From an uncultured Lachnospiraceae bacterium (lineage in GTDB: Bacteria; Bacillota; Clostridia; Lachnospirales; Lachnospiraceae): DNA of 44,205 nucleotides. Of this stretch, positions 21,834-31,439 are shown in pieces (positions within the stretch are counted from its first letter, which is position 1; every line of letters begins with the position of its first letter). The DNA is taken from NCBI GenBank assembly GCA_947631695.1, contig CANRMH010000001.1, positions 1 to 44,205 on the forward strand, in the 5' to 3' direction. The notes under the pieces are model-generated. The model was not told the origin of the DNA. It saw nothing but the letters and a program-made list of their open reading frames with translations, and ran no database searches. The translations under genes and the position numbers were made by a program.

Positions 21834-21862
21834 TTTACTTTCCATCTGATCTCTTCTATAAT
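21834..21862 (+). promoter_or_regulatory. Sigma-A promoter of the methyltransferase gene
   Basis: TTTACT, 17 nt, TATAAT. Confidence 0.6.
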
Positions 21863-21949
21863 AAATCCGACGCATCGCCGCCTTAAGCGCATGCGCCGCA
21901 CAGGTATTTCAAGCGAAACATTTTTTACAAAAATAAAGGGGAAAAATTT

Positions 21950-22807
21950 ATGTGGATTGCCAATGACTGGAAAGATTATGAAGTGTTAGACTGCAGCGGA
22001 GGGGAAAAGCTGGAACGCTGGGGCGACTATCTTCTCGTGCGCCCGGATCCGCAGGTCATCTGGGACACGCCCAGAACCCACAGGGGATGGAAACACAGGA
22101 ACGCCCACTACCACAGAAGCAAAAAAGGCGGTGGGGAATGGGAATTCTTTCAGCTTCCCGAGCAGTGGCCGATCCACTATAAGGGCCTGACCTTCCACCT
22201 GAAACCGTTCAATTTCAAGCACACCGGCCTGTTTCCGGAGCAGGCCGTCAACTGGGACTGGTTCTCTGAAAAGATCAGACGGGCCAACCGCCCGGTGAAG
22301 GTGCTGAACCTGTTTGCCTACACCGGCGGAGCTACGCTCGCCGCGGCCAAAGCCGGAGCCAGCGTCACGCATGTGGACGCGTCGAAAGGCATGGTCGCAT
22401 GGGCGAAGGAAAACGCTGCCGCCTCCGGCCTGAAAGACGCTCCGATCCGCTGGCTGGTGGACGACTGCGTAAAATTTGTGCAGCGGGAGATCCGGAGAGG
22501 CAGCCGCTATGACGCCGTCATCATGGATCCTCCCTCCTACGGGAGAGGTCCGAAAGGAGAGATCTGGAAGATTGAAGACTCCCTTCACCCCTTTCTCAGA
22601 CTGTGCGTGAAGCTCCTGTCCGACCGGCCCCTTTTTTTCCTTATCAATTCTTATACGACCGGGCTTGCGCCGGCCGTGCTGACCTATCTGCTCGGAACGG
22701 AACTCAGGGATTACGGCGGGCATGTGGAATCAGAGGAAATAGGCCTGCCTGTGACGGAGAGCGGGCTGGCGCTGCCCTGCGGCGCTTCCGGAAGATGGGA
22801 ACGGTAG
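21950..22807 (+). CDS. Class I SAM-dependent methyltransferase (RlmI/RlmK-like, probably acting on RNA)
   Basis: HTGLFPEQ, VLNLFAYTGG, HVDAS, YDAVIMDPPSY. Confidence 0.88.
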   Translation: MWIANDWKDYEVLDCSGGEKLERWGDYLLVRPDPQVIWDTPRTHRGWKHRNAHYHRSKKGGGEWEFFQLPEQWPIHYKGLTFHLKPFNFKHTGLFPEQAVNWDWFSEKIRRANRPVKVLNLFAYTGGATLAAAKAGASVTHVDASKGMVAWAKENAAASGLKDAPIRWLVDDCVKFVQREIRRGSRYDAVIMDPPSYGRGPKGEIWKIEDSLHPFLRLCVKLLSDRPLFFLINSYTTGLAPAVLTYLLGTELRDYGGHVESEEIGLPVTESGLALPCGASGRWER

Positions 22808-22862
22808 ACAGATATCCCCGCATTCCCATCTCCTTCGCCGTCCGCATCGGACAACACATATC

Positions 22863-23744
22863 TTAACATCCGCCTTTTTCCTCTCCTGTTCCTGCGATAA
22901 ACAGAACGCCCAATGTTCCAGGCCCGCAGTGGCTGGAAATCACGCCTCCCGCCCTCGTCTCATGGATCTCGTCGAAATGTTCCAGGGATTCCAGATACTC
23001 CCGAACCCGGGCGACGATCCCGGCATCCATCCCGGAATGGGTGATAAACACCCGCTTCCGGTCGGCTCCCAGAAGCGCCTCTTCCATATCCTTCACATAG
23101 TGCATGAGTACCTTCGCCATACCGCCCCGGTACTTTTTTCCCACTTCCATTTTCCCGTCCAGCACCTGAATACAGGGGTGCAGCTTCAGCGTATTGGCCA
23201 GAAGAGCCGTCGCCCCGGAGCAGCGTCCTCCTCTCGCCAGGTATGTCAGTGTGTCAACCACGAAACTCGCCCGTATCCTGCCGCATAACCGCTCCGCCCC
23301 GGCCACGATCTCTTCCGCCGGCAGTCCCTGCGCCGCCAGTTCCGCGGCGTGCAGCACCTGAAGCCCGATCCCCGTGGAAAGATTCCGGGAATCGATCACG
23401 AACACCCGGCCATTCTCAAATTCCCGGGCGGCAAGCCGGACCACATTGCAGGTCGTACTCATCTCCTCCGAAATTCCGAAGAAGATCACATCCTCCCCCG
23501 CCTCCATGCACGGCCTCAGCATCCTTTTGACATAGTCGAAAGCCACCGCCGCCGTCTTCGGCGTCTTCCGGTTTTTCTCCGCCCACGCAAAGATCTGTTC
23601 CGGCGTCAGTTCCTCCTTATCATAGTAGCTCTTCTCATCCAGCACGATGCACAGAGGGATGATTGAAATTCCATATTTCCCGATCAATTCCTCCGACAGA
23701 TCGCACGTGCTGTCGGCAAAAATTCTTACTCTTCTCTCCTCCAT
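22863..23744 (-). CDS. DegV (FakB-like) fatty-acid-binding protein
   Basis: IFADSTCDL, PKTAA, VIDSRNLSTG, TLTYLARGGR, SHCGPGTLG. Confidence 0.93.
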   Translation of the reverse strand: MEERRVRIFADSTCDLSEELIGKYGISIIPLCIVLDEKSYYDKEELTPEQIFAWAEKNRKTPKTAAVAFDYVKRMLRPCMEAGEDVIFFGISEEMSTTCNVVRLAAREFENGRVFVIDSRNLSTGIGLQVLHAAELAAQGLPAEEIVAGAERLCGRIRASFVVDTLTYLARGGRCSGATALLANTLKLHPCIQVLDGKMEVGKKYRGGMAKVLMHYVKDMEEALLGADRKRVFITHSGMDAGIVARVREYLESLEHFDEIHETRAGGVISSHCGPGTLGVLFIAGTGEEKGGC

Positions 23745-23745
23745 C

Positions 23746-26466
23746 TCAGTCTCCCTCCTCTTTTTCCGGCTCTTTGGGAAGCTCTCTTCGCCCGAGCCTT
23801 ACCTCCTCCATCTCCCGCGCCATCTCGCGGTCCATATGGTCAAACAGGTAATTCCTTCTGCGGCGTCCTCTCTGCCGGCCGCATTCTTCCCGGATCTGCC
23901 GCCGGACGATCTCCATCTCCTCCTGAAATTCCGTCGCGGACATCAAAGTCCCGCCCTGGCCGAGCGTGACCACCTGCTCCACCCCGTCCGAGGTGGCCAC
24001 CGTGACATGGTATTTCCTTCCGATCTCATGGACGACCTTTTCTATATACTGGTCCGCCGTCTCCGCCTCTTTGGTGTAGACTACATGGATATTATGATAT
24101 TTCTGGATCTCCATCGTGCATCCTTCCACGCGGTAAGCATCAAACACCAGGATCACCGCGCACTTCCGGAACCCCTGGTAATTGCACAGGATATCCATCA
24201 GGCGGGCGCGGGCCGCTTCTATATTTACTTCGGCAAGTTCTCTCAATTCGTCCCACGAAAAGATCATATTGTAACCGTCCACCAGAAGATACTCCCTGAG
24301 CGTTTTTTCCCTTCCCGGCCTCGCCGCATCGGCCCTCACCGTCTTTGCGGACACGTCCGGCTTCCGTTCGATCTTTCCATAAGTCCGGATAAAAATTTCC
24401 TCCAGTTCCTTCTCCTCCGTCCGCTTCGCCGCGGATGTCTGGCGCTTCCGAAAAGCCCCCTCACCGGAGGCCTCTGCGCCGGCGCTTCCCGGTTTCAGGC
24501 GGCTCTGCACATGCATATGCTCCGGTGCCTGGTCCCAGGGGATGTAAACCCCTGCGCCGTGCGAGCAGAAAATCGAGCCGGCGGGATTGTCTGTATCCCG
24601 TTCCGGGTCATACCCGCACGCCTCTATCACTTCCTTTTCATTATGGCAGGGCGCGTATCCTCCAAAGGAACAGAACAGCCTTCCCTGTCCCCGGGTATAG
24701 ACGGCAACCTCCCTCTGGTAATCCCGCATCGCCGCTACCGGAGCGCTTCCCGTCAGCACGGACATTCCCCTCCTGATCTCTGGCGTCCCGCATTTCCCGT
24801 ACATTCTCTGGACGTCTGTAAGCGCCCGGCCGACCGTCCCAGACGGGACTTCCAGCCGGAACTGATAGTACGGCTCCAGCAGCACGCTCCTGGCACTCAT
24901 CAGGCCCTGACGCACCGCCCGGTAGGTCGCCTGCCGGAAATCTCCCCCTTCGGTATGCTTTATATGCGCCCGGCCGGCCGTCAGCAGGATCTGCATATCC
25001 GTAATCGCCGCTCCGGTCAGCACCCCTCTGTGAACCTTTTCCGCCAGATGCGTCAGCACCAGTCTCTGCCAGTTCCTATCCAGCATATCTTCACTGCAAC
25101 ACGTACCGAACGTCAGACCGCTTCCCCGCTTCCCCGGCTTCAGCAGCAGATGTACTTCCGCGTAATGGCGCAGCGGCTCATAATGGCCCACGCCCTCCGC
25201 CTCCGTGCATATCGTTTCCTTATATACGATACTTCCCGTATCGAAAGTGACCGAAACGCCAAACCGCTCCCTGATCAGGCTCTGCAAAATCTCGATCTGC
25301 ACCTCTCCCATCAGCTGCGCGTGGATCTCTCCCGATTCTTCCCTCCACACGATCCTCAGCATCGGGTCCTCCTCCTCCAGCTGGCGGAGATTCTGCAGCA
25401 TGGTATGTGCATCGCATCCGTCCGGCAGCTGGATCCGGTAATTCAACACAGGTTCCAGAACCGGAGCGCCGGAATCCTTCTCCACTCCCAGCCCTTCCCC
25501 GGGATACGTATCGTTCAGCCCCGTAACCGCGCACACAACGCCGGCTTTTGCCTCCTGCACCGCCTCAAACTTCTCCCCGGAATAGATCCGGATCTGATTT
25601 ACCTTTTCCTCCCGGTGATCCTGCGCGCTCTTCGCATTTCCCAACACATCCTTTACCTTCAGGATCCCGCTCATGACTCTCATGTGGGTCAGCCGGTTCC
25701 CCTGCGCGTCCCTGGAAATCTTATACACCTTTGCGCCGAAAGGCGCGCCTTCCTCCCGGCTGCGGGGGATGCCGAAGCGTTCCAGTCCGTCCAGCAATTC
25801 CTTTACTCCCTGCATTTTCAGAGCGGAACCAAAAAAGCACGGGAACACTCTGCGCTGCGCGATCAGGGCGGCGATTGTTTCCGCCCCAACCGTTCCGCTG
25901 TTTAAATATTCCTCAAGCGCGCTCTCGTCACACACGGCAACGTTCTCTTTTAATTCGTCGCTTTCAAAGTCTCCGAAATCAATGCATCCTCCGTCCAGCT
26001 CACGCTGTAACTGATCCAGCAGCGCGCCGCGGTCCGTTCCCTCCTGATCCATTTTATTGACAAACAAAAAGACCGGTATGCGATATTGCTGCAGAAGGTT
26101 CCAGAGCGTACGGGTGTGTCCCTGTACTCCGTCCGCGCCGTTGACGATGAGTACCGCATAATCCAGAATCTGAAGGGTGCGTTCCATCTCCGCAGAAAAA
26201 TCTACATGTCCCGGGGTATCGAGAAGCGTCACATCCGTCTCGCCAAGCCGGAACACCGCCTGTTTGGAAAAAATAGTGATCCCCCGGTTTTTTTCCAGCG
26301 CATACGTGTCCAGAAAAGTATCGCCGTGATCCACCCGCCCGGGCTTCCTGATCCTGCCGCTTAAATACAGGATGCTCTCGGACAACGTGGTTTTTCCGGA
26401 GTCCACATGGGCCAGCAAACCCACGCAGATATGTCCGGGCGAATGATTTTCAGCTGCCGTTCCCAT
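23746..26466 (-). CDS. TetM/EF-G-like translational GTPase fused to a C-terminal YacP/Rae1-type NYN ribonuclease domain
   Basis: G1-G5 motifs AHVDSGKTT, RGITI, DTPGH, NKMD, GSAL; EF-G-like domains III-V (LEEEDP, LMGEVQIEI, LLEPY); NYN motifs LLVDGYNMI, LVFDA, ETADQYIE, VATSD. Start uncertain (26466 ATG or 26502 TTG). Confidence 0.9.
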   Translation of the reverse strand: MGTAAENHSPGHICVGLLAHVDSGKTTLSESILYLSGRIRKPGRVDHGDTFLDTYALEKNRGITIFSKQAVFRLGETDVTLLDTPGHVDFSAEMERTLQILDYAVLIVNGADGVQGHTRTLWNLLQQYRIPVFLFVNKMDQEGTDRGALLDQLQRELDGGCIDFGDFESDELKENVAVCDESALEEYLNSGTVGAETIAALIAQRRVFPCFFGSALKMQGVKELLDGLERFGIPRSREEGAPFGAKVYKISRDAQGNRLTHMRVMSGILKVKDVLGNAKSAQDHREEKVNQIRIYSGEKFEAVQEAKAGVVCAVTGLNDTYPGEGLGVEKDSGAPVLEPVLNYRIQLPDGCDAHTMLQNLRQLEEEDPMLRIVWREESGEIHAQLMGEVQIEILQSLIRERFGVSVTFDTGSIVYKETICTEAEGVGHYEPLRHYAEVHLLLKPGKRGSGLTFGTCCSEDMLDRNWQRLVLTHLAEKVHRGVLTGAAITDMQILLTAGRAHIKHTEGGDFRQATYRAVRQGLMSARSVLLEPYYQFRLEVPSGTVGRALTDVQRMYGKCGTPEIRRGMSVLTGSAPVAAMRDYQREVAVYTRGQGRLFCSFGGYAPCHNEKEVIEACGYDPERDTDNPAGSIFCSHGAGVYIPWDQAPEHMHVQSRLKPGSAGAEASGEGAFRKRQTSAAKRTEEKELEEIFIRTYGKIERKPDVSAKTVRADAARPGREKTLREYLLVDGYNMIFSWDELRELAEVNIEAARARLMDILCNYQGFRKCAVILVFDAYRVEGCTMEIQKYHNIHVVYTKEAETADQYIEKVVHEIGRKYHVTVATSDGVEQVVTLGQGGTLMSATEFQEEMEIVRRQIREECGRQRGRRRRNYLFDHMDREMAREMEEVRLGRRELPKEPEKEEGD

Positions 26467-26571
26467 CAAAAATACCCCTTTCCGCCGTCTGTCGTATTTC
26501 AATCCTTATCATATCACAGAAAAAGAAATCCGTCGATATTTCTTATCGCTATGCCGTCCGCCATAAAATGC

Positions 26572-26604
26572 GGGAGGGCAGAAACCTTTCGGCTCTGCCC
26601 TCCC
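26572..26604. terminator. Strong hairpin, probable terminator downstream of the GH97 gene
   Basis: GGGAGGGCAGA ... TCTGCCCTCCC, 11-bp perfect stem; U-tail weak on both strands. Confidence 0.55.
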
Positions 26605-26764
26605 TTATTTAAATTATAAAAAGGAAAATGAATGAAACTGCCGGCTTAATTTACTGTTCAATTTCTTTCATAAATCTCGCCCTGACATCTTTCTGCATTT
26701 ATTATACATAGATCTTATCCTTTTCGGTATTCTAAAATTTTAAACTGAGTGGAGTTTTTTATAC

Positions 26765-29700
26765 TCATTTTACCGGTTCTACATACTTCAGGAACCTCTG
26801 GATGATCGTTGCGCAGACAGAGCGGAACGTCTTCCCCTGCGGGTTCAGCAGGCCGGTCTCGCCTTCGCCGCTGATCAATCCGTTCTCCACCGACCAGGTC
26901 ATACCGTCCGTCAGGGTGACGTCCTTCCAGTCCGGGAATCCCGTCAGGTCAGTGTCCGTCACCGTAATATAACCTTTATACGCTGCGTATCTCAGCATCA
27001 TAACCGCCATCTGCTCCCTGGTAATATCGTCGCCCGGGCCGAAGAATCCGGTGGGATTTCCTTTCTCATCTTCGTACCCTTTGACAATGCCCGCGCCGGT
27101 CGCCCATGTCACCGCGTCCAGATAGAAGCAGTCCTTATCGTCATACGGCACATCCCGGAAGACAACTGCGTTCTCTCCCTGCGCAGGCGGTACATTTCCC
27201 TCCATTCTGTACAGGATCGTCGCAAACTGCGCGCGGCTCAGTTTTTCCCCCGCTCCGAAAAATGGAGTCGGCTGTCCCTTTTCATCCTTTAATCCGGTCA
27301 TGATCCCTTTGTCGTAGACGTATTTCACCGCGTCCGCATACCAGTTCTTCTCCTTGTTCACATCCTGGAAAGGCAGATTCCAGACGGGATCCTCCGGTTT
27401 CTCCTCCGCTTTCAGATCCCTGAGCGCGATCCGGTCGATGTTCGGCGCGTCCGCCTCGTTGTTGTACAGGCAGATGCTGTTGTCTCCGGCTTTCAGACTC
27501 ACTTTTGTGTTCACTGCCCCAACCGCTTCCCAGTCTCCTGAAATTCCCAGAAGCCCCGACAGCCGAACGGGTTCGCCGTCGTTGACTTTTATGTACAGAT
27601 CCCTGGGCGATCCGGTCACAAAGAACACCCGCAGATCATACTCCCCTTCTTTGTCGGCCTTTACATTCCGGAAGGTCAGCGTATTGCCCTCGCCATTTCC
27701 TATGTATCCTACGACATTCAGCATAGAAGAATAATTGTTCTTTGCGATCCTTGCGTTGCCGCCAATCTCCGCGTCCTCCGCTTCAAAGTAAGTGTACCTG
27801 TCGTACTCCAGCTTTCTGGCCGGCTGGGTCGGCTCGTCCGTCTGAGGATCATTCTTCACAAGCTTCACCACGCACCCGCCGTATTGCATAAGATCCAGTT
27901 TCAGCACCGTATTCACATTCGCCTTCTGCACGGCCGTTTCAATATTTGTGCCGGCCGCGTTGTCACGGTAAATGTATGCGGTGTAGGAAACTCCCTTGTC
28001 CAGGAAATCAAGCGATACTTCATAAGCGCCAGCCGCATTGGTCATTGCGCCCAGATACCAGCTTTCCCCGTTTCTCCTTGCACGGATCACATTCTCTGCC
28101 GGGTATCCGTCCAGAAGAAGGCTCTCATCCCAGACCGTCGGCAGATCTGCCAGCAGGGAAAGTCCCGGATATCCTTCATACACATACGCGGACGCCGCAT
28201 AGGTCTGCACCGCCGACTCGTAGACAACCGGCATCGCCAGCATGAAACCTGCCGTTCCGTCCGACCTTGCCACCTTATATGCCGTTGGAGTAAATTCCAT
28301 AGAGCCGAGTACGTTTCTGGTATACGGCAGCGTCAGCAGGGAACCGATGCTGGATCCGTTGCTCCACTTAAAGTTCTCCGCTCCCGCGACCGCCTCGTTG
28401 GCGAGAATGTTCGGATAGGTGCGCGCCTCCCCGTTCGGATTGGTCGCGCCGTGATAGTTCAGTACCAGGTGATGTTTTGCGGCAAAATCCGCGAGCAGAT
28501 ACATCACCTTCATGGCAAACTGGCTGTCGCTGTTGATATAATCCACTTTCACGCCCTTAACGCCCATCCTCTCGCACCATGCGAACGATTCCTCGATCGC
28601 GTCTTCGCTGTCCAGGTCGAAGATATGCGCGTTGTCGAATTTATTTACGCCGTACCACAAAAGCAGGCCGACATTTTTCTCGTTCGCATATTCTACCAGG
28701 GAGGCGATCTTCGTCTCGTAGTCGGGCCACATTTCCCATCCGTAGTCCACCAGGCAGTAGGGCATTCCGCAATTTGCCGCAAAATCAATATAATCCCGCA
28801 TCTGATCGTAATCAATGCCGTCCGCCGCAGTCGACCACCAGGACCAGACGGAGCCGCCCGGTTTCACCCAGCTGAAGTCGCCGTCCGCAGACGGATTCAG
28901 ATCCGTGATCAGGCTGCTGTTCGCGATTCCTTCCAGATCATCCGCAATGACCGCAACACGCCACGGCGTATGGAAGGTTCCCTGCATGTTCACTTTGTCT
29001 ATGGTATGGTAGATGGGATCGTAAGTCCGCCGGTCAAAACTCTCATCAGCCTCCTGTTCCAGATAATTTCCAAAAGTCATCCGGAAGGACTTCTTTCCCG
29101 TCTCCGTCTTAAATACAGACGCGCAGTACGGATTTTCTTCATTATATACGTTCGCTTCGGATAACAGCACCCATCTGTTCCCCGAATCCTCACCGAGGGA
29201 GGCAAGAAGCGGCGTGGAATAATTTGCCGCCGCGCTGTACTGTTCGGCTACCGTATGCTTCGTATACTCGTAATTCTCGTAGGTTGCGCTCGGTCCGATC
29301 GTCCAGATATCGCCCTTGTCCGGCAGAGTGAATTCACTTTTTTCACTGGTTACCGCCGTTGTCTCATTCTCGCCGGCGACATCTGCGTCCACCAGATACC
29401 GATAACCGATCCCATCGTCGAAGACACGGAAAATAACCGTCATCTCACTGTTGTTTTTATAAAGCATGAAGGATAACTCGTTGTATTTCTTATCCACGGA
29501 GGAAACGCTTCCCTGGATCAGGTCATATTTTTCCTCCCCGCTCTTTGCGCTGATGGAATCCTCCTTCAGCGTCAGTCCGGAAGTCAGATCCTCCTTGTCG
29601 GTTGTCATTCCGAGTGCGGAACACTCCACGACTACCTTATCCTCCTTGGACACGGAATAATAATAAGCGTCCCTGCTGTCTTTCCAGATCTTCACCTTGA

Positions 29701-30649
29701 TCTTTCCATCTTCCGAGGCTGCCAGGAGCTGTTCTACCTGCGTAAGCCGCGTACCATCCTGATAGATTCCCTCCTGCGCGTTTTCGCCGGGATCCTCCTT
29801 CGGATCGGAAACTTCCAGTCCATAGCCTTCCGCGATCGTCTTCACGTCCTTTGCGGACAGAGCCGTCCTGTAAACCGCCACGTCGTCAAGCTGCACTTTG
29901 CAGTCCGGATCGCCCCAGGTGGAGCAGGTCTTCCCCAGCGCATTATTGACCAGTTCGCCGATGGAATCCAGCCGGGTTTTCAGATTGGATACGCTCCCTC
30001 CCTGAAAGCTGGAACCCACAACTTCACCGTTCACATAGAATACCACCTTGTCCGCCGACACGGTAATCGTTATATAGTTCCACACGTTCTTCTCCGGTTC
30101 CGTCGTGTAAATATGGCGGTACAGATTGGTCGTGTCAAAGATCAGATTCCACACGTGGTCGTCCGCGTACGGGGCGTAAGCAAATTCATCCGAGCTGCCT
30201 GCGTTGGCCGAACTGAATACCCTGGAGTACTTTACCACATCAGGATCCGTCTTCATCCAGAAGGACCAGGTAAGCCCGGTAGATGAGTTCACGCCCGCAT
30301 ACAACTCGGACGGCAGATCCACATAAGAGCTTCCGTTGTTTCCTCCTTTTAACGTCAGTACATGGTTGGTGTCGGAAGAATACGCCTTATCTCCGATTTT
30401 GATCGTTCCGGCGTCCACGCTGGCCGTCCCGCGCAAGGCTGCGTTCCCTGCGGATACGGAACCGCTGTTGGAAATCTCCGCGCCGTTTACTGTCTCAAAA
30501 TCCCATTGGTACGCCGGGACGGCCTCTGCAGCCCGAACTTCTCCGGAACCTGCCTCCTGCGCGTTCACCGGAACGGCATACACGCCCTGCGGAAGCAGCA
30601 TCGCCGCCGCCAGCAGCGCCGACAATTTTTTTGCTGTTGTTCGTCTCAT
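26765..30649 (-). CDS. Secreted SLH-anchored glycoside hydrolase family 97 (signal peptide, LamG-like, GH97, CBM6/35-like, SLH)
   Basis: Signal peptide; LamG-like WNYITITV..VFYVNG, LDDVAVY; GH97 FRVFDDGIGYRY, TPWRVAVI, SWVKPG, GVKVDY, NYHGAT.PNG, GSMEFTP; CBM FEAEDA ... PNIDRI; SLH WYADAVKYV, SRAQFATILYR, TREQMAVMM. Confidence 0.9.
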   Translation of the reverse strand: MRRTTAKKLSALLAAAMLLPQGVYAVPVNAQEAGSGEVRAAEAVPAYQWDFETVNGAEISNSGSVSAGNAALRGTASVDAGTIKIGDKAYSSDTNHVLTLKGGNNGSSYVDLPSELYAGVNSSTGLTWSFWMKTDPDVVKYSRVFSSANAGSSDEFAYAPYADDHVWNLIFDTTNLYRHIYTTEPEKNVWNYITITVSADKVVFYVNGEVVGSSFQGGSVSNLKTRLDSIGELVNNALGKTCSTWGDPDCKVQLDDVAVYRTALSAKDVKTIAEGYGLEVSDPKEDPGENAQEGIYQDGTRLTQVEQLLAASEDGKIKVKIWKDSRDAYYYSVSKEDKVVVECSALGMTTDKEDLTSGLTLKEDSISAKSGEEKYDLIQGSVSSVDKKYNELSFMLYKNNSEMTVIFRVFDDGIGYRYLVDADVAGENETTAVTSEKSEFTLPDKGDIWTIGPSATYENYEYTKHTVAEQYSAAANYSTPLLASLGEDSGNRWVLLSEANVYNEENPYCASVFKTETGKKSFRMTFGNYLEQEADESFDRRTYDPIYHTIDKVNMQGTFHTPWRVAVIADDLEGIANSSLITDLNPSADGDFSWVKPGGSVWSWWSTAADGIDYDQMRDYIDFAANCGMPYCLVDYGWEMWPDYETKIASLVEYANEKNVGLLLWYGVNKFDNAHIFDLDSEDAIEESFAWCERMGVKGVKVDYINSDSQFAMKVMYLLADFAAKHHLVLNYHGATNPNGEARTYPNILANEAVAGAENFKWSNGSSIGSLLTLPYTRNVLGSMEFTPTAYKVARSDGTAGFMLAMPVVYESAVQTYAASAYVYEGYPGLSLLADLPTVWDESLLLDGYPAENVIRARRNGESWYLGAMTNAAGAYEVSLDFLDKGVSYTAYIYRDNAAGTNIETAVQKANVNTVLKLDLMQYGGCVVKLVKNDPQTDEPTQPARKLEYDRYTYFEAEDAEIGGNARIAKNNYSSMLNVVGYIGNGEGNTLTFRNVKADKEGEYDLRVFFVTGSPRDLYIKVNDGEPVRLSGLLGISGDWEAVGAVNTKVSLKAGDNSICLYNNEADAPNIDRIALRDLKAEEKPEDPVWNLPFQDVNKEKNWYADAVKYVYDKGIMTGLKDEKGQPTPFFGAGEKLSRAQFATILYRMEGNVPPAQGENAVVFRDVPYDDKDCFYLDAVTWATGAGIVKGYEDEKGNPTGFFGPGDDITREQMAVMMLRYAAYKGYITVTDTDLTGFPDWKDVTLTDGMTWSVENGLISGEGETGLLNPQGKTFRSVCATIIQRFLKYVEPVK

Positions 30650-30715
30650 TGTTTTCCTTCCTTTCCTCGTTTATTCACCGGCAAAAAATTATAAGCAAAT
30701 GCCCTGTATTGTTAA

Positions 30716-30744
30716 ATTATATCTTATGAAGCCGTAAAATTCAA
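30716..30744 (-). promoter_or_regulatory. Sigma-A promoter of the GH97 gene
   Basis: Minus strand TTGAAT, 17 nt, TATAAT. Confidence 0.65.
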
Positions 30745-30829
30745 CAAAACGGCCCAAATAAACCGTGCATTTTCCGTCGTCCGGTTGTATACTGTAATCA
30801 AATCTATTTCGAGAAAGGAACCGACAGCC

Positions 30830-31348
30830 ATGAATGAAGTATTGAACAATATTTACACAAGAAGGAGCATCCGCAGATTCCGGGAACAGGCCGTCCCGAA
30901 AGATCTGCTCGATGAGATCGTCAGAGCCGGTACGTACGCGCCTACGGGAAAGAACCTGCAGTTGTTCCGTTTCTTCGTCACTCAAAGCGCGCATACGATT
31001 GAAAATCTCCGCGCCGTTATGGCAGACGCGCTTAAAAATCCCGCCTACAATTTCTATGGAGCGAAAACCCTGGTAATGGTAACCGTCCCGAAAGACGCCG
31101 TAAACGGTATCGCGGACGCGTCCTGCGCGATGGAAAACATGATGCTGGCCGCTCATGCTCTGGGACTCGGAAGCTGCTGGATCAACCAGCTCAAATACTG
31201 CGGAGACGAGCCTGAGGTTGCTTCCTTCCTGACGGGGCTTGGCGTTCCCGCCGATCATCATTGCGTAGGAATCCTTGCGGTCGGCTACGCCGCCGAGGAA
31301 GGGACGCTTCACCCGCGCAAAGAGAATCTGGTCACTTATCTGGATTAA
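30830..31348 (+). CDS. Nitroreductase-family flavoprotein
   Basis: IYTRRSIRRF, YAPTGKNLQ, ENMMLAAHALGLGSCWI; ATG 30830 behind AAAGGA. Confidence 0.93.
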   Translation: MNEVLNNIYTRRSIRRFREQAVPKDLLDEIVRAGTYAPTGKNLQLFRFFVTQSAHTIENLRAVMADALKNPAYNFYGAKTLVMVTVPKDAVNGIADASCAMENMMLAAHALGLGSCWINQLKYCGDEPEVASFLTGLGVPADHHCVGILAVGYAAEEGTLHPRKENLVTYLD

Positions 31349-31439
31349 ATAAAAAAGAATGTGCCTCCGGCACATTCTCCGCCTGCGGCGGACTGCGGAT
31401 GCGGGCGCTGAGTTTTTGTCAGGGGAGGGAGAAATAGCT

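Noticed and set aside
23647-25905. 752-aa plus-strand ORF and other long antisense ORFs (460-1473, 1519-2688, 27884-29164, 39623-41344)
   Set aside because: They shadow well-supported genes on the opposite strand, have no recognisable motifs, and are expected from G/C-ending codon bias.
23746-26466. Tetracycline resistance gene (tetM/tetO/tetW)
   Set aside because: Lacks the domain IV YSPVST loop, carries an extra NYN domain and sits next to degV with no mobile-element context.
26628-26711. 27-aa hydrophobic plus-strand ORF (MNETAGLIYCSISFINLALTSFCIYYT)
   Set aside because: SD-like AAGGA is only about 2 nt from the ATG, there is no antisense or UTR-pairing architecture, and such ORFs arise easily in AT-rich DNA.
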